The position numbers and the translations under genes are program-made. Of a stretch of 51,039 nt of DNA, positions 16,399 to 25,307 are shown in pieces. This DNA is from a virus. The notes below the pieces were generated by a model that saw nothing but the letters and a program-made list of their open reading frames with translations, had not been told where the DNA came from and ran no database searches. The DNA lies in the IMG/VR virus record IMGVR_UViG_3300007352_000004. One strand, given 5' to 3'. Positions within the stretch are counted from its first letter, which is position 1. Each line of letters opens with the position of its first letter.

Positions 16399-18096
16399 AT
16401 GGCCTTTCGCTCGATCACCGAAGTCGCCCGCCAGGGCGACGCCCAAGCCCTCATCCGCGACTGGCGCGTAAAGTCGCTGGTCTGGCCCTACTTCTTCATC
16501 AAATCCGTTCTCGGCAACCCCGACATCATCCCCCGCATCCACGGGGCCGACATCGACATGGTGCTCGGCAACCTGCGCGAAGGCGTCCGCAAACAGTTCA
16601 TCGAATGGCCGCGGCGTCATATGAAAACGTCGACGTTCACCTGCGGGCTGTCGATGTGGTTCATCCTGCCCTCGAACGACAACGATAAAGACTATGCGGT
16701 CAAACAGTTAGGCATCACCCCGGAGCGCTGGGACCAGATGGCCGCGCTGCGCAATCAGAACTACTGCCAACTCATCTGCTTTGAGACCATGGCGAACGCC
16801 CAGAAAAAGGTGGGGGAGATTCGCTGGCACTTCGAGTCGAACGAACTGTTCCGGTCGCTGTTCCCTGAAATCGCCTACACGGGCGCGGAATCGCCCTGGA
16901 ACAATGACGGCTTCCGCATCCGCCGCACCGGCATGGCCTCCAAGATCGCCGAGGGGACGTTCGACGCCGGGGGCGTGGGGGTCGCCGTCCAATCGCGCCA
17001 CTACGACCTGATCTGGCTGGATGACATCGTGGGCCAGGACGCGGCGCGCTCTGAAACCGAGATGGACAACACCCTGACCTGGGTAGGGCGGCTGACCGGC
17101 TGCGAGAAGCTCGGGGCGACCACGAAATGGTTCGGGGTGTCGAACCGCTGGGGCTTCAACGACCTGAATTCCGTGCTGCGCAGCGACCCCTCGTGGCATT
17201 TCTTCACCCGCCGGGCCTGGGACGTCGGCGAAGACGGCCTCAGGATCCCGAATTTCCCGGAGAAATACCCGCTCCCCGTTCTGGACGAAATCAAGCACCA
17301 CTTCATCTACGTCTCGCGCGAGGGCAGCGAGTCCGATTTCCTGGCCCAATGGCAGAACGATCCGCGGCCCGGCGGGGCCGCCATGATCGACCACGACCGC
17401 ATCCACCGCTATCAGGTCACCACGGGGGGCGAAATCTCCTGCTCGTGCGGCAAGACCTATCACCCGGCCAACCTCAACCGCTACCTGCTGTTTGACCCCT
17501 ATAACGCCAAGGGCAAGACGGCCTCGAAATCCCAGCCGGCCCTGGCCGTCGTCGGGCTCTCAACAGACAAACACGTCTTCCTGCTCGACATGTTCCAGAA
17601 ACGGGTCAAGCACAACGACCTGGTTGAGCGCATCTTCGGCCTGAACGACCGCTGGCAGGGAGTCGTCGCCATGGGGTACGAGGATGTCGGGGCGCAAAAC
17701 ATGTGGGAGACGCTGCTCCGGCGGGAAATGCGGTCGAGTGACTGGCGCGCGCGCCGGCACCGCGAAATCCGGCGCATCAAGGGCGTCGGGGTGTCGAACA
17801 AACCAATCGACATTCGCGTCCGGGAGTTCCTGGTGCCCTATCTGGACGCCCGGCCGGGGGTCGGGTGCTTCTCGGCCCGCGAGTCCCAGCAATTGTTCTG
17901 GGACATGCTCGAAACCTTTCCGCACCCGGTTCCGGGCCACGACTACGACTTGCTCTCAGCGCTCGCCATGGGGGCTCACCCGGACTTCCAATGGCAATTT
18001 CCGGTGTCTGACGAGGAACAGGAGCGCGATTCCAACGAAGAAGAGGAATACCTGCGGCATTTCAACATGCCCTATTCGGTGAACGCCTATGTTTAA
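16399..18096 (+). CDS. terL: terminase large subunit
   Basis: 565 aa. It has a Walker-A-like segment (PRRHMKTSTF), a Walker-B-like LIWLDDIVG, and a C-terminal nuclease-like half (ALAVVGLS...YEDVGAQ). Size and context fit. Confidence 0.8.
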   Translation: MAFRSITEVARQGDAQALIRDWRVKSLVWPYFFIKSVLGNPDIIPRIHGADIDMVLGNLREGVRKQFIEWPRRHMKTSTFTCGLSMWFILPSNDNDKDYAVKQLGITPERWDQMAALRNQNYCQLICFETMANAQKKVGEIRWHFESNELFRSLFPEIAYTGAESPWNNDGFRIRRTGMASKIAEGTFDAGGVGVAVQSRHYDLIWLDDIVGQDAARSETEMDNTLTWVGRLTGCEKLGATTKWFGVSNRWGFNDLNSVLRSDPSWHFFTRRAWDVGEDGLRIPNFPEKYPLPVLDEIKHHFIYVSREGSESDFLAQWQNDPRPGGAAMIDHDRIHRYQVTTGGEISCSCGKTYHPANLNRYLLFDPYNAKGKTASKSQPALAVVGLSTDKHVFLLDMFQKRVKHNDLVERIFGLNDRWQGVVAMGYEDVGAQNMWETLLRREMRSSDWRARRHREIRRIKGVGVSNKPIDIRVREFLVPYLDARPGVGCFSARESQQLFWDMLETFPHPVPGHDYDLLSALAMGAHPDFQWQFPVSDEEQERDSNEEEEYLRHFNMPYSVNAYV

Positions 18097-18448
18097 GCGA
18101 ATTTGCGTGATTTCCCTTGTTGTGTGGGGGCAATTGCTTTGGGGCCAGCTCAACCCGAGCCAATACTCGACCGCGGCCAACGTCCCGGTCACCAACTCGG
18201 TCGCCACCCCCATCACCTGCCCGCTCGATAGGGCTAACTTCATCCAGGTCTACATCGACCCCTCGACCACCGAACAGATTTTCACCGTCACCAACACCAA
18301 CGGCACGACCTTCAAGGTCCATTCCGGCGGCACGTATGACTTCGGCCCGATCCCGGATGAATTCTCGCTTGGCCAGACGGTGCTGTCGGTCACCACAGCC
18401 ACTGGCTCGGCCACTCTGGTTGTGATCGGCATGAGGGTCAGGCAATGA
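18089..18448 (+). CDS. small leader-bearing beta-rich protein
   Basis: 119 aa. The N-terminus MFKRICVISLVVWGQLLWGQ looks like a signal peptide. It overlaps the terL stop by 8 nt. Confidence 0.6.
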   Translation: MFKRICVISLVVWGQLLWGQLNPSQYSTAANVPVTNSVATPITCPLDRANFIQVYIDPSTTEQIFTVTNTNGTTFKVHSGGTYDFGPIPDEFSLGQTVLSVTTATGSATLVVIGMRVRQ

Positions 18449-19851
18449 CACGTCAAATCCTGTTTGCGCTGGGCCTGGGGGCGGCACTGTGCGTCGTGCT
18501 GCTCTACGGCCAGGGCGTCCGGCCGCCGTCGACGGGAGGGGGCGGCTCAGGCACCATCAGCGACGGCACCGTCACCGGCCAGACCGTTTACTGGGATGGG
18601 GACTCCTGGGAGCCTACCAGCGACCTGCTGCGTAGCACCACGAACCCAAACTACCGCTTTCTGGCGCAGGACGCGGCCCACACCCCCGTCATGGCCAAGG
18701 GCACCACGGCTCAGACGGCTCCGGTCTTTTCCGCCCGCAACGTCTCCAATCAAGACTTCTTCAAGGTCTTCGACACGGGCAAAATCTGTTGGGAAGGCGC
18801 CACGATCGACGGCACCAATATGACGTGTCTGGACATCGCGGGCGACCCGGCGGGGGCTATCAATCTCCTGCTCAGCGCCACGGCCAGCGGGACTCTGCTG
18901 TCGACCGGAGACGGGGCCCTGAATGACGACGACCTCTCGGATAACTCCCTCAACGATTTGGGGACCAAGACCGAAAACCTTCTCACGCAGCGCACCCTGG
19001 ATCTTTCGATCGCCACCGAAATCACCCTCGACACCAACGGGGACGCCACCCTGCCGTCGACAGGCGGGCACCGCAAATTCGATACCTTCGCGGACGCGGC
19101 TTCCGACACCTGGGATACGGTTGTCTGCACCGCGGGCACTTCCGGCACCGTCATGGCCGCCAATGACGCCCGCACCATTATCATCAGCGAAACCATTATT
19201 TCCAACTGGCCGCTCGATATCACGCTCGACGATGACGGCGACATCTTCAGCTGGGCCTGCCCCTCGGCCAACACGATGGTCCTGCTGTGGGTGGTCGATG
19301 AAGGCGGCCAGGGCGCGTTCAACTCTCTGCAAATCGGGGCCGCCGGCACTCCCACCAACGATACGTGGGTGACCGACGACGCTCTCCCCAGCGCCCCATC
19401 GAACGCCAACGAAATCACCCTGGCCGTCGATCGCACCAAGGGCACCTTGGCAGGCGTGCCAAACAGCGGCGATACCAAACACTGGTCCCCTTATTGGGAA
19501 GAGTGCTGGACGGTGTTTGACACCGCCGCCGACCTGACGACGGGCCTCGATGTTCCTTCCATCTGGCATTTCCAAAAGCACGCCGTCAAGGTCAATTACG
19601 TGTGGTGCGAGGTTGACGCCAACACCATAACGATCAATCTGCAACGGGACGATGGCACGGCGGCTAATCTTCTCTCGGCCGATCTGGTGTGCGACACGGG
19701 CGGCCAAACCAGTTGCGCCTCAGGCTGCGACGTCAACACCATCTCAACTTCTGAAGACGACTTCGCCATCGGGGAAGAACTCGACCTGGTAACCGTTTCC
19801 CTCGGGGCGGCCCGGAGGCTAAATCTATGTGTTTCGGGAAATTTACAATAA
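18445..19851 (+). CDS. leader-bearing Thr/Gly/Asp-rich protein (fibre- or adhesin-like)
   Basis: 468 aa. The N-terminus MTRQILFALGLGAALCVVLLYGQG looks like a signal peptide. ATGA coupling to the previous gene. Confidence 0.6.
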   Translation: MTRQILFALGLGAALCVVLLYGQGVRPPSTGGGGSGTISDGTVTGQTVYWDGDSWEPTSDLLRSTTNPNYRFLAQDAAHTPVMAKGTTAQTAPVFSARNVSNQDFFKVFDTGKICWEGATIDGTNMTCLDIAGDPAGAINLLLSATASGTLLSTGDGALNDDDLSDNSLNDLGTKTENLLTQRTLDLSIATEITLDTNGDATLPSTGGHRKFDTFADAASDTWDTVVCTAGTSGTVMAANDARTIIISETIISNWPLDITLDDDGDIFSWACPSANTMVLLWVVDEGGQGAFNSLQIGAAGTPTNDTWVTDDALPSAPSNANEITLAVDRTKGTLAGVPNSGDTKHWSPYWEECWTVFDTAADLTTGLDVPSIWHFQKHAVKVNYVWCEVDANTITINLQRDDGTAANLLSADLVCDTGGQTSCASGCDVNTISTSEDDFAIGEELDLVTVSLGAARRLNLCVSGNLQ

Positions 19852-20567
19852 TGACGGGGTTCTGGAAATATTCAGTGGCTTTATTCCTCCTAACCCAATC
19901 GCTGTGGGGCCAGGGGAAGTTCATCTACAACCCGGTTACGAGTACTTCTGTCACGGCAGGAGATTACAACAACACATCATCGGAGATGACTGCTACTTCC
20001 GCAGTCAGCGCGGATATTGCAGTTACCATCTTTGCTCATGTTATCCTCGACGATGTATCGGCGGGCACAGATGCGATAGCCGCTATATCTCAAGCGGACT
20101 CTAGTGGAGACTATGTACGACTAACAAGAGTAACAGCGCAGATTCGTTGCACGGTTAACGATGAAGTATTCGGCAGTGCGGCCGCCGTCCATGGAGATTC
20201 CCTTTCTGCTTCAGTCAAAGAAAAGGTTGGATGCATTTCCGTTTCCGCTGCTAGCCGCTTTGCTTGCGCGAACGGTACTTGCGTGGAGAACACCAGCAAC
20301 CTAGTCGGGCCTTTTGGCTTCAATCGGACAACTATCGGAGTTCTAACTCAAGCTGCCGAAGCATTTTTCTTTGATGGAAAGATTCGAGAGGTCTGTTATT
20401 GGGATACCGCTCTTAGCACTACCGACTACGCCAATTATGAATCCGGGGCGTCCTCATGTGAAGATCTCGGGGCCGACCACATCTACCGCGCGGCCAGTGG
20501 AACGGATTTGGGGGACGTGGGCGGAGTGGACCTAACCCCGACCGACGTGACGGAGGTTGCGTGGTAG
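19851..20567 (+). CDS. leader-bearing LamG / concanavalin-A-like lectin domain protein
   Basis: N-terminus MTGFWKYSVALFLLTQSLWGQG. The C-terminal FFFDGKIREVCYWDTALSTTDY matches the LamG hallmark (F-x-G-x-I-D/E-E-V-x-h-W...LS). The gene is visibly AT-richer than its flanks. An alternative ATG lies at 19827. Confidence 0.6.
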   Translation: MTGFWKYSVALFLLTQSLWGQGKFIYNPVTSTSVTAGDYNNTSSEMTATSAVSADIAVTIFAHVILDDVSAGTDAIAAISQADSSGDYVRLTRVTAQIRCTVNDEVFGSAAAVHGDSLSASVKEKVGCISVSAASRFACANGTCVENTSNLVGPFGFNRTTIGVLTQAAEAFFFDGKIREVCYWDTALSTTDYANYESGASSCEDLGADHIYRAASGTDLGDVGGVDLTPTDVTEVAW

Positions 20568-20828
20568 TCGACCAACCGCGATCAGCCAAACCATCGCGAG
20601 CGCGGACACGGCAAAGCACGCGCAGAGCACCAGCGCATTCTCGCAGGCGCTCCACAGGCGGGGCGGGGAATAACCGAACGAAGCGCGATCGGGATAGGCG
20701 TTCCAATACCGCTCATCCAGCAGCCGCTTGGACTCCTGGTCTATGGCGCTGTCGAGCGGATAGGGACCGAGGGACCACCAGCGAATGACGGCGAGCCAGT
20801 AACGGAGCATAGTGAGGCGATTATACAC
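20532..20828 (-). CDS. antisense-oriented Trp-rich protein with a C-terminal TM segment
   Basis: 98 aa (MLRYWLAVIRWW...LVLCACFAVSALAMVWLIAVG). A TATAAT hexamer lies just upstream of the internal ATG at 20810. It is the only leftward gene inside the rightward operon. Confidence 0.5.
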   Translation of the reverse strand: MYNRLTMLRYWLAVIRWWSLGPYPLDSAIDQESKRLLDERYWNAYPDRASFGYSPPRLWSACENALVLCACFAVSALAMVWLIAVGRLPRNLRHVGRG

Positions 20829-20848
20829 CCGGAATCAGGCGTGATTTG

Positions 20849-21229
20849 ATGCAAAAGCAGTGGCTTGCACTTTTGATTTGGACGGCGACGGCTTTTGCCC
20901 AGGACGCCCGCGTCACCCTGGCTCCGGCGGCCACCCCGCCGAGCGATGTCGTGCTGGAAATCTACGACGACCGGGCCAAACCGCCAGTGATTCAACTGCG
21001 GGCCAGCGGTGAAGTCCTGGTCCGCTCCGGCGTGACCCTGACCGAAGCCTCGCAAATCTTCTGGCGCGAGGCAGGCAAAACGTTCACGGCCCTTGCGCCA
21101 GCGCCCGCGCCCTGCCCGCCCGTGCCCGTGGTGGAGCCGGAGAAGCACAGGTGCGTGCCGAGTGAGTACCTGAAGGACGAAGCGCGGCTGTGCTCCTTGC
21201 GGACGCCAGAGGATGTAGGGAAGCCATGA
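20849..21229 (+). CDS. secreted/periplasmic-type small protein
   Basis: Classical leader MQKQWLALLIWTATAFA|QD with an AxA site. The C-terminal half is Pro/Ala-rich. Confidence 0.6.
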   Translation: MQKQWLALLIWTATAFAQDARVTLAPAATPPSDVVLEIYDDRAKPPVIQLRASGEVLVRSGVTLTEASQIFWREAGKTFTALAPAPAPCPPVPVVEPEKHRCVPSEYLKDEARLCSLRTPEDVGKP

Positions 21230-23628
21230 TGCGCCGCTTTCTTTCGCTACTGCTCGTCGAGATCCTGCTGGGCCTGCCCCTTGTGGGCCAAACGCGCCTC
21301 ACCGGAAGGCAGACCGTGGCGGGCCGGACGACCATTTCCCAAGTCGCCGACGCGGGCGCTCCCCCGGTGGGCGCTGGAACTATTGAAGTGCTGGTCATCT
21401 CGGAACTCGCCGGCACCTCGACGGACGAGCAGAAGAAAGACACCGCTCCGGCCATCTTCAAACGCATCAACAACGAAGTCTCCTCGGTTCTGAACAACCC
21501 TGCGGTCTATACGGATGTAGCAGTCGGCTCCAGCCACATCGCCAGGGTAGAGAATCTACCGGCCTTCTCCTATCCCTACGGGACCTGCACGGGGGCGGGC
21601 TGTATGCCCGCCTCTTTCCCATCCACCCCGACCTGTACCTTCGGGGCGACGGGCGGCGGGGTCGGGGAGTGCTCCACCGCTGCCAACATCTCCGTCAGCG
21701 ATGGCGTTATCACCCGAGTCGTCTTCAAGGCGGATGGGATCAGCAACTACCAGGGCAACGGAACGAACAGCGGCGCAACGATAGGAGGCCGTGATGAGGC
21801 TCCTATCGCGGTCACCAACGAGAGCTGTTCCGGGGCTGGCTCGCTTCAGGAGGCCTTTAACACCGCGCGCGATGGGGGAGGAGGCTGGATTTACTTGGAC
21901 CCGGACACGTTCGGCATTGGCGGCGATTGGGAGATCACCTGCACGTCCCTGCACACCAATGAGGGGCTCTGGATTTCCGGCTCCAACATCACGGTCGATC
22001 TAAGCTCCGTCAGGACCAGGATGATCCGGGACACGCAGCTTCGGATAGACCCTCGTATTGCGGGCACAAGCACCTGTGTCGACACGCATGAGAACGGGAT
22101 TGTGCGAAACGTCAATCTCTGGAGCACCAATACCGCTTTGGGGATGAATGTGATGCTGGTAACTCGGGGCTCAAGCGCTACCAGGTGTCCCGACATGCTG
22201 GAAGACCCACGGCACTGGATCATCACCCACAACACTCTCACGCGCCAGTATCCATCAGGGGATATCGAAGATACCCTGACTTTCGACAGCGCCTTGGCCG
22301 CAGCTGGAGGCGAGCCCCTTCGCAACTACACCTTTGCCAACAACCTGTTGAACCGTAACTCGTCCGGCACTGGCATCAACATGCAAGGGCAAGTTTTTAA
22401 TAACCAGTTTTTCCACAACGTTGTCACAAAGTTTGTGGGCCGTGTTCCAGAGGTTGTTACTGTCGGCACGGAAAGTGGCGGCACGCCCTCTCCCGAGTTT
22501 CAAACCGACTGGACCCAAAACGTAGTTGGGATGGGGATCAACACGGCCGGCTCGGCCTTTTACGCTCTTATCTTCAGAAACGCCTGGGCGCAGCTGCATG
22601 AGAATTGGTACGTCGGTCTGGATGAGCTGAACGGCGCGGCCTCCCGAAGGGCTTTGGATTCTCACTGTATTAACTTGAACACTGGATTAGATAGCGAATC
22701 CTTTAGCTCGTGCAACGCCTTCACAGCCAAAACCGGAGTCGCCGACGGCAACGTCTTCTCCAACGACATGATGTGGTCACGCTATAACGTGAATTTCCCC
22801 AAGGTCTACCTGGAGGACTGGAGCATCTCGGGAAGCGCCGGGGTGAGAACAGCGAATTTGGCTGCTATCACTCCCTACAACGCCAATAACTGGGAGAACG
22901 CCAAAGCCATCCTGCAAAGAGCAGGGAGCCGCCCCTTGACGGCGGAAGCCGTGGCCGATGTCGATGAACTGTGGGCAGAGGTTGTCGCTTCTCAACCCAT
23001 CACGACCGTCGACGACGACGCGGAAGTCGACTTCAGCCAGTGGAACACGCAAGGGCATCTGTCGATCTCCACCGATACTGCCGTCAGCGGCACCAAGTCG
23101 TTTAAGTCCTCGACCTCAGGCGGGGATGCGATTCTGGTTCAAGGCCAAACGGCTATCAACAATTTCTTTAATACCCGTATCCGCCGCACGGGCACCTGCC
23201 CTGCTTCCGACACCCCGATTGCGATCTTCAAGGACGCCTCCGACGCGGAAGTGTTCCGCCTGGAATTCAACGCGACCGATTGCCGCATCTATCTGGACCG
23301 CAGCGGCACGGAGACGCTGCTGGGCAGCGCCATGGCGATCGACACCTGGTACCACCTGAGGGCCATGTTTCGCCAGCGGTTCACTTCAGGGACCTGTGAT
23401 ACAACCTTCAGTGTTGTCGACGGGGATTGCAACAAGCTCGCGGCGGCCATGAGGGATGGCGGAACTGCCCGCGCCAATAAGCAGCTTCTCTATCAGAACT
23501 TTGGCGGGTCTGGTCCTGTCATCAAGTCCATCACGATTCCGCAGGCCCCGGCGAGTTTCACCTTTTACCTGGACGACGTAGGCGTCAGCCCGGTTCATTT
23601 TTGCGACCAGATGGGGTGCGCGGAATGA
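21226..23628 (+). CDS. leader-bearing beta-helix (polysaccharide lyase/hydrolase-like) protein with a C-terminal ConA/LamG-like domain
   Basis: MMRRFLSLLLVEILLGLPLVGQ leader, with ATGA coupling. PbH1-like turns are present (LWISGSNITVD, IVRNVNLWSTN, IITHNTLTR, FANNLLNRN, NNQFFHNVV). The C-terminal WYHLRAMF...FYLDDVGVS is typical of LamG/CBM-like folds. Confidence 0.6.
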   Translation: MMRRFLSLLLVEILLGLPLVGQTRLTGRQTVAGRTTISQVADAGAPPVGAGTIEVLVISELAGTSTDEQKKDTAPAIFKRINNEVSSVLNNPAVYTDVAVGSSHIARVENLPAFSYPYGTCTGAGCMPASFPSTPTCTFGATGGGVGECSTAANISVSDGVITRVVFKADGISNYQGNGTNSGATIGGRDEAPIAVTNESCSGAGSLQEAFNTARDGGGGWIYLDPDTFGIGGDWEITCTSLHTNEGLWISGSNITVDLSSVRTRMIRDTQLRIDPRIAGTSTCVDTHENGIVRNVNLWSTNTALGMNVMLVTRGSSATRCPDMLEDPRHWIITHNTLTRQYPSGDIEDTLTFDSALAAAGGEPLRNYTFANNLLNRNSSGTGINMQGQVFNNQFFHNVVTKFVGRVPEVVTVGTESGGTPSPEFQTDWTQNVVGMGINTAGSAFYALIFRNAWAQLHENWYVGLDELNGAASRRALDSHCINLNTGLDSESFSSCNAFTAKTGVADGNVFSNDMMWSRYNVNFPKVYLEDWSISGSAGVRTANLAAITPYNANNWENAKAILQRAGSRPLTAEAVADVDELWAEVVASQPITTVDDDAEVDFSQWNTQGHLSISTDTAVSGTKSFKSSTSGGDAILVQGQTAINNFFNTRIRRTGTCPASDTPIAIFKDASDAEVFRLEFNATDCRIYLDRSGTETLLGSAMAIDTWYHLRAMFRQRFTSGTCDTTFSVVDGDCNKLAAAMRDGGTARANKQLLYQNFGGSGPVIKSITIPQAPASFTFYLDDVGVSPVHFCDQMGCAE

Positions 23629-24806
23629 GACTGCTTCTATTGCTCATCCCCATGCTGCTATGGCCCCAGACTCGCATCACCGGGTCACGGACTATTAGTG
23701 GTAGCCATCTCCTCACTATCGCGCCAGAAGACCTCGCTGCTCCACCGGCGGGCGTTACCATCGAGCAACTTACCAGCAGCGCGGAACTGCCGACCGCCTG
23801 CGCCATTGCTTATTACGATACGCCCGCTTGGTCGGCCTCGCGCAGCCAGTTGGTGGTCGGTTGCGGCGAAGGTATAGGGTCGCCGCCCTTCAGCTCCTTT
23901 GACTGGAAGGCCTGGACCATGAATCTGGACGGGACCGGGGCCACGCAACTATCGACCAAGCGCATCAATGATCCGTGGGGCTGGACGCCCGACGGGGATA
24001 AGATTTACTTCCGGTCAGCCGGAATGGCCATCATGGACCCCGATACCGGGCTATGGGAAGTCAAGATCGCCGATGTCGTCTCAGGCAATCTTTGTAAGGT
24101 CGGCGCGAATCTGTTCGCTATCTATGAAGTCCCGGCCGTTGATAACACCATAGGGGTTTGGCGATCAACCGACGGCGGGGACACTTTTTCGGTCTACGCC
24201 AGCTACGAGATGGACGATCCCTACCCGACTTACTCCTTCCATCGGCTGAGAAGTAGTTGCGTTGATCTTGACGCCGATGGCGACCCGGACCTGTTCTATT
24301 ACAAAAAGAGTTGCGGGAACGGTTGCGGCTCCTTCACCTTCAACGCCAATACAGGAGTGAGCACGCAGTTTACTTTTAGCGGCGACACCGTTCCAGAGTT
24401 GAATCACCCCGATGTCTTCCCGAGCGCCGCGACCGTATATGGTGGGTGGCTGGTAGCAGGGGGCGGGAGCCCTGGCATTGGGTATATCTATCCCTTCAAC
24501 CTGCAAACGGGAGTCGCGGGAACGGCCTTGAATCTCGGCCAGTGGTCCAACTGGACCTATCGCAGCGGCTCGACAGGCGTCGCTACCGGCCAGCTCGCGA
24601 TGAGCAAGTCCACCATCCCTCGGGATATCGGGCTGTACACGATCGCCACCAACACCCTGGAATTCAGCTACAAATGGACAAACCCGGTGGGCTGTACCTA
24701 CTGGTGCGAAATCGCGCCGCAGATGGTTTCAACCAACGTCTTTATCATGCGCGCCCCGGATTCCGATGGGATGACTCAAATCTGGAAGGTGACCTATAGC
24801 CCATGA
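23625..24806 (+). CDS. leader-bearing beta-propeller protein with Asp-box (BNR) and PD40-like motifs
   Basis: MRLLLLLIPMLLWPQ leader, with ATGA coupling. STDGGDTF fits the Asp-box S-x-D-x-G-x-T-W/F. WTPDGDKIYFRS resembles PD40/TolB-type repeats. Confidence 0.55.
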   Translation: MRLLLLLIPMLLWPQTRITGSRTISGSHLLTIAPEDLAAPPAGVTIEQLTSSAELPTACAIAYYDTPAWSASRSQLVVGCGEGIGSPPFSSFDWKAWTMNLDGTGATQLSTKRINDPWGWTPDGDKIYFRSAGMAIMDPDTGLWEVKIADVVSGNLCKVGANLFAIYEVPAVDNTIGVWRSTDGGDTFSVYASYEMDDPYPTYSFHRLRSSCVDLDADGDPDLFYYKKSCGNGCGSFTFNANTGVSTQFTFSGDTVPELNHPDVFPSAATVYGGWLVAGGGSPGIGYIYPFNLQTGVAGTALNLGQWSNWTYRSGSTGVATGQLAMSKSTIPRDIGLYTIATNTLEFSYKWTNPVGCTYWCEIAPQMVSTNVFIMRAPDSDGMTQIWKVTYSP

Positions 24807-25297
24807 CCATCGACCGCAAACGCATGGACATCCTTTGTGAGATCGGCGGGCGTGCCCTGAATCTACCGCCCGACATTGATCCGGTGCGGTTCCTCAAGGC
24901 CCTTGCGACGGTCGAAACAAGCTACGGCCAGAACTGCGTGCCGCGTTACGAGAAGTCCTACGATTGGGGCGGCAAGAATGCCGATACGAACCTGCTCAGC
25001 CAGTACGGCGATTGGGCCGCGTGCAGCTACGGGCCTTTTCAGGTGATGTTTCCCAACTGTGCCCGAATGCTCCCCGGCATTGATCCGGTCGCCATGCAGC
25101 TAGCGCCGGAATCGGGGCTGCTTTGCGCGGTCCACTTCATCAACCTGGAAATCATCGGACGCCAGAAGGCCACGACGCTGGAAGCCATCGCGGACGCTTA
25201 CAACAGTGGGAACTGGCACGACAGTTTTGTGCCGACCCAATATGTCGGCAAGCTCGTTGGGGCCTACGGGAATTTCGAGAACACGATTCTGACTTAA
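24803..25297 (+). CDS. lysozyme-like / lytic transglycosylase endolysin candidate
   Basis: The motifs VETSYG (catalytic Glu-Ser), GPFQVM and AYNSG match the three SLT-domain motifs (ES, GLMQ, AYNAG). ATGA coupling to the upstream gene. Confidence 0.6.
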   Translation: MTIDRKRMDILCEIGGRALNLPPDIDPVRFLKALATVETSYGQNCVPRYEKSYDWGGKNADTNLLSQYGDWAACSYGPFQVMFPNCARMLPGIDPVAMQLAPESGLLCAVHFINLEIIGRQKATTLEAIADAYNSGNWHDSFVPTQYVGKLVGAYGNFENTILT

Positions 25298-25307
25298 CGG
25301 AGTAATT

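Noticed and set aside
16708-17463. 251-aa minus-strand ORF inside terL
   Set aside because: It is antisense to a gene with recognisable terminase motifs, and its translation is Arg/Gly/Pro-rich.
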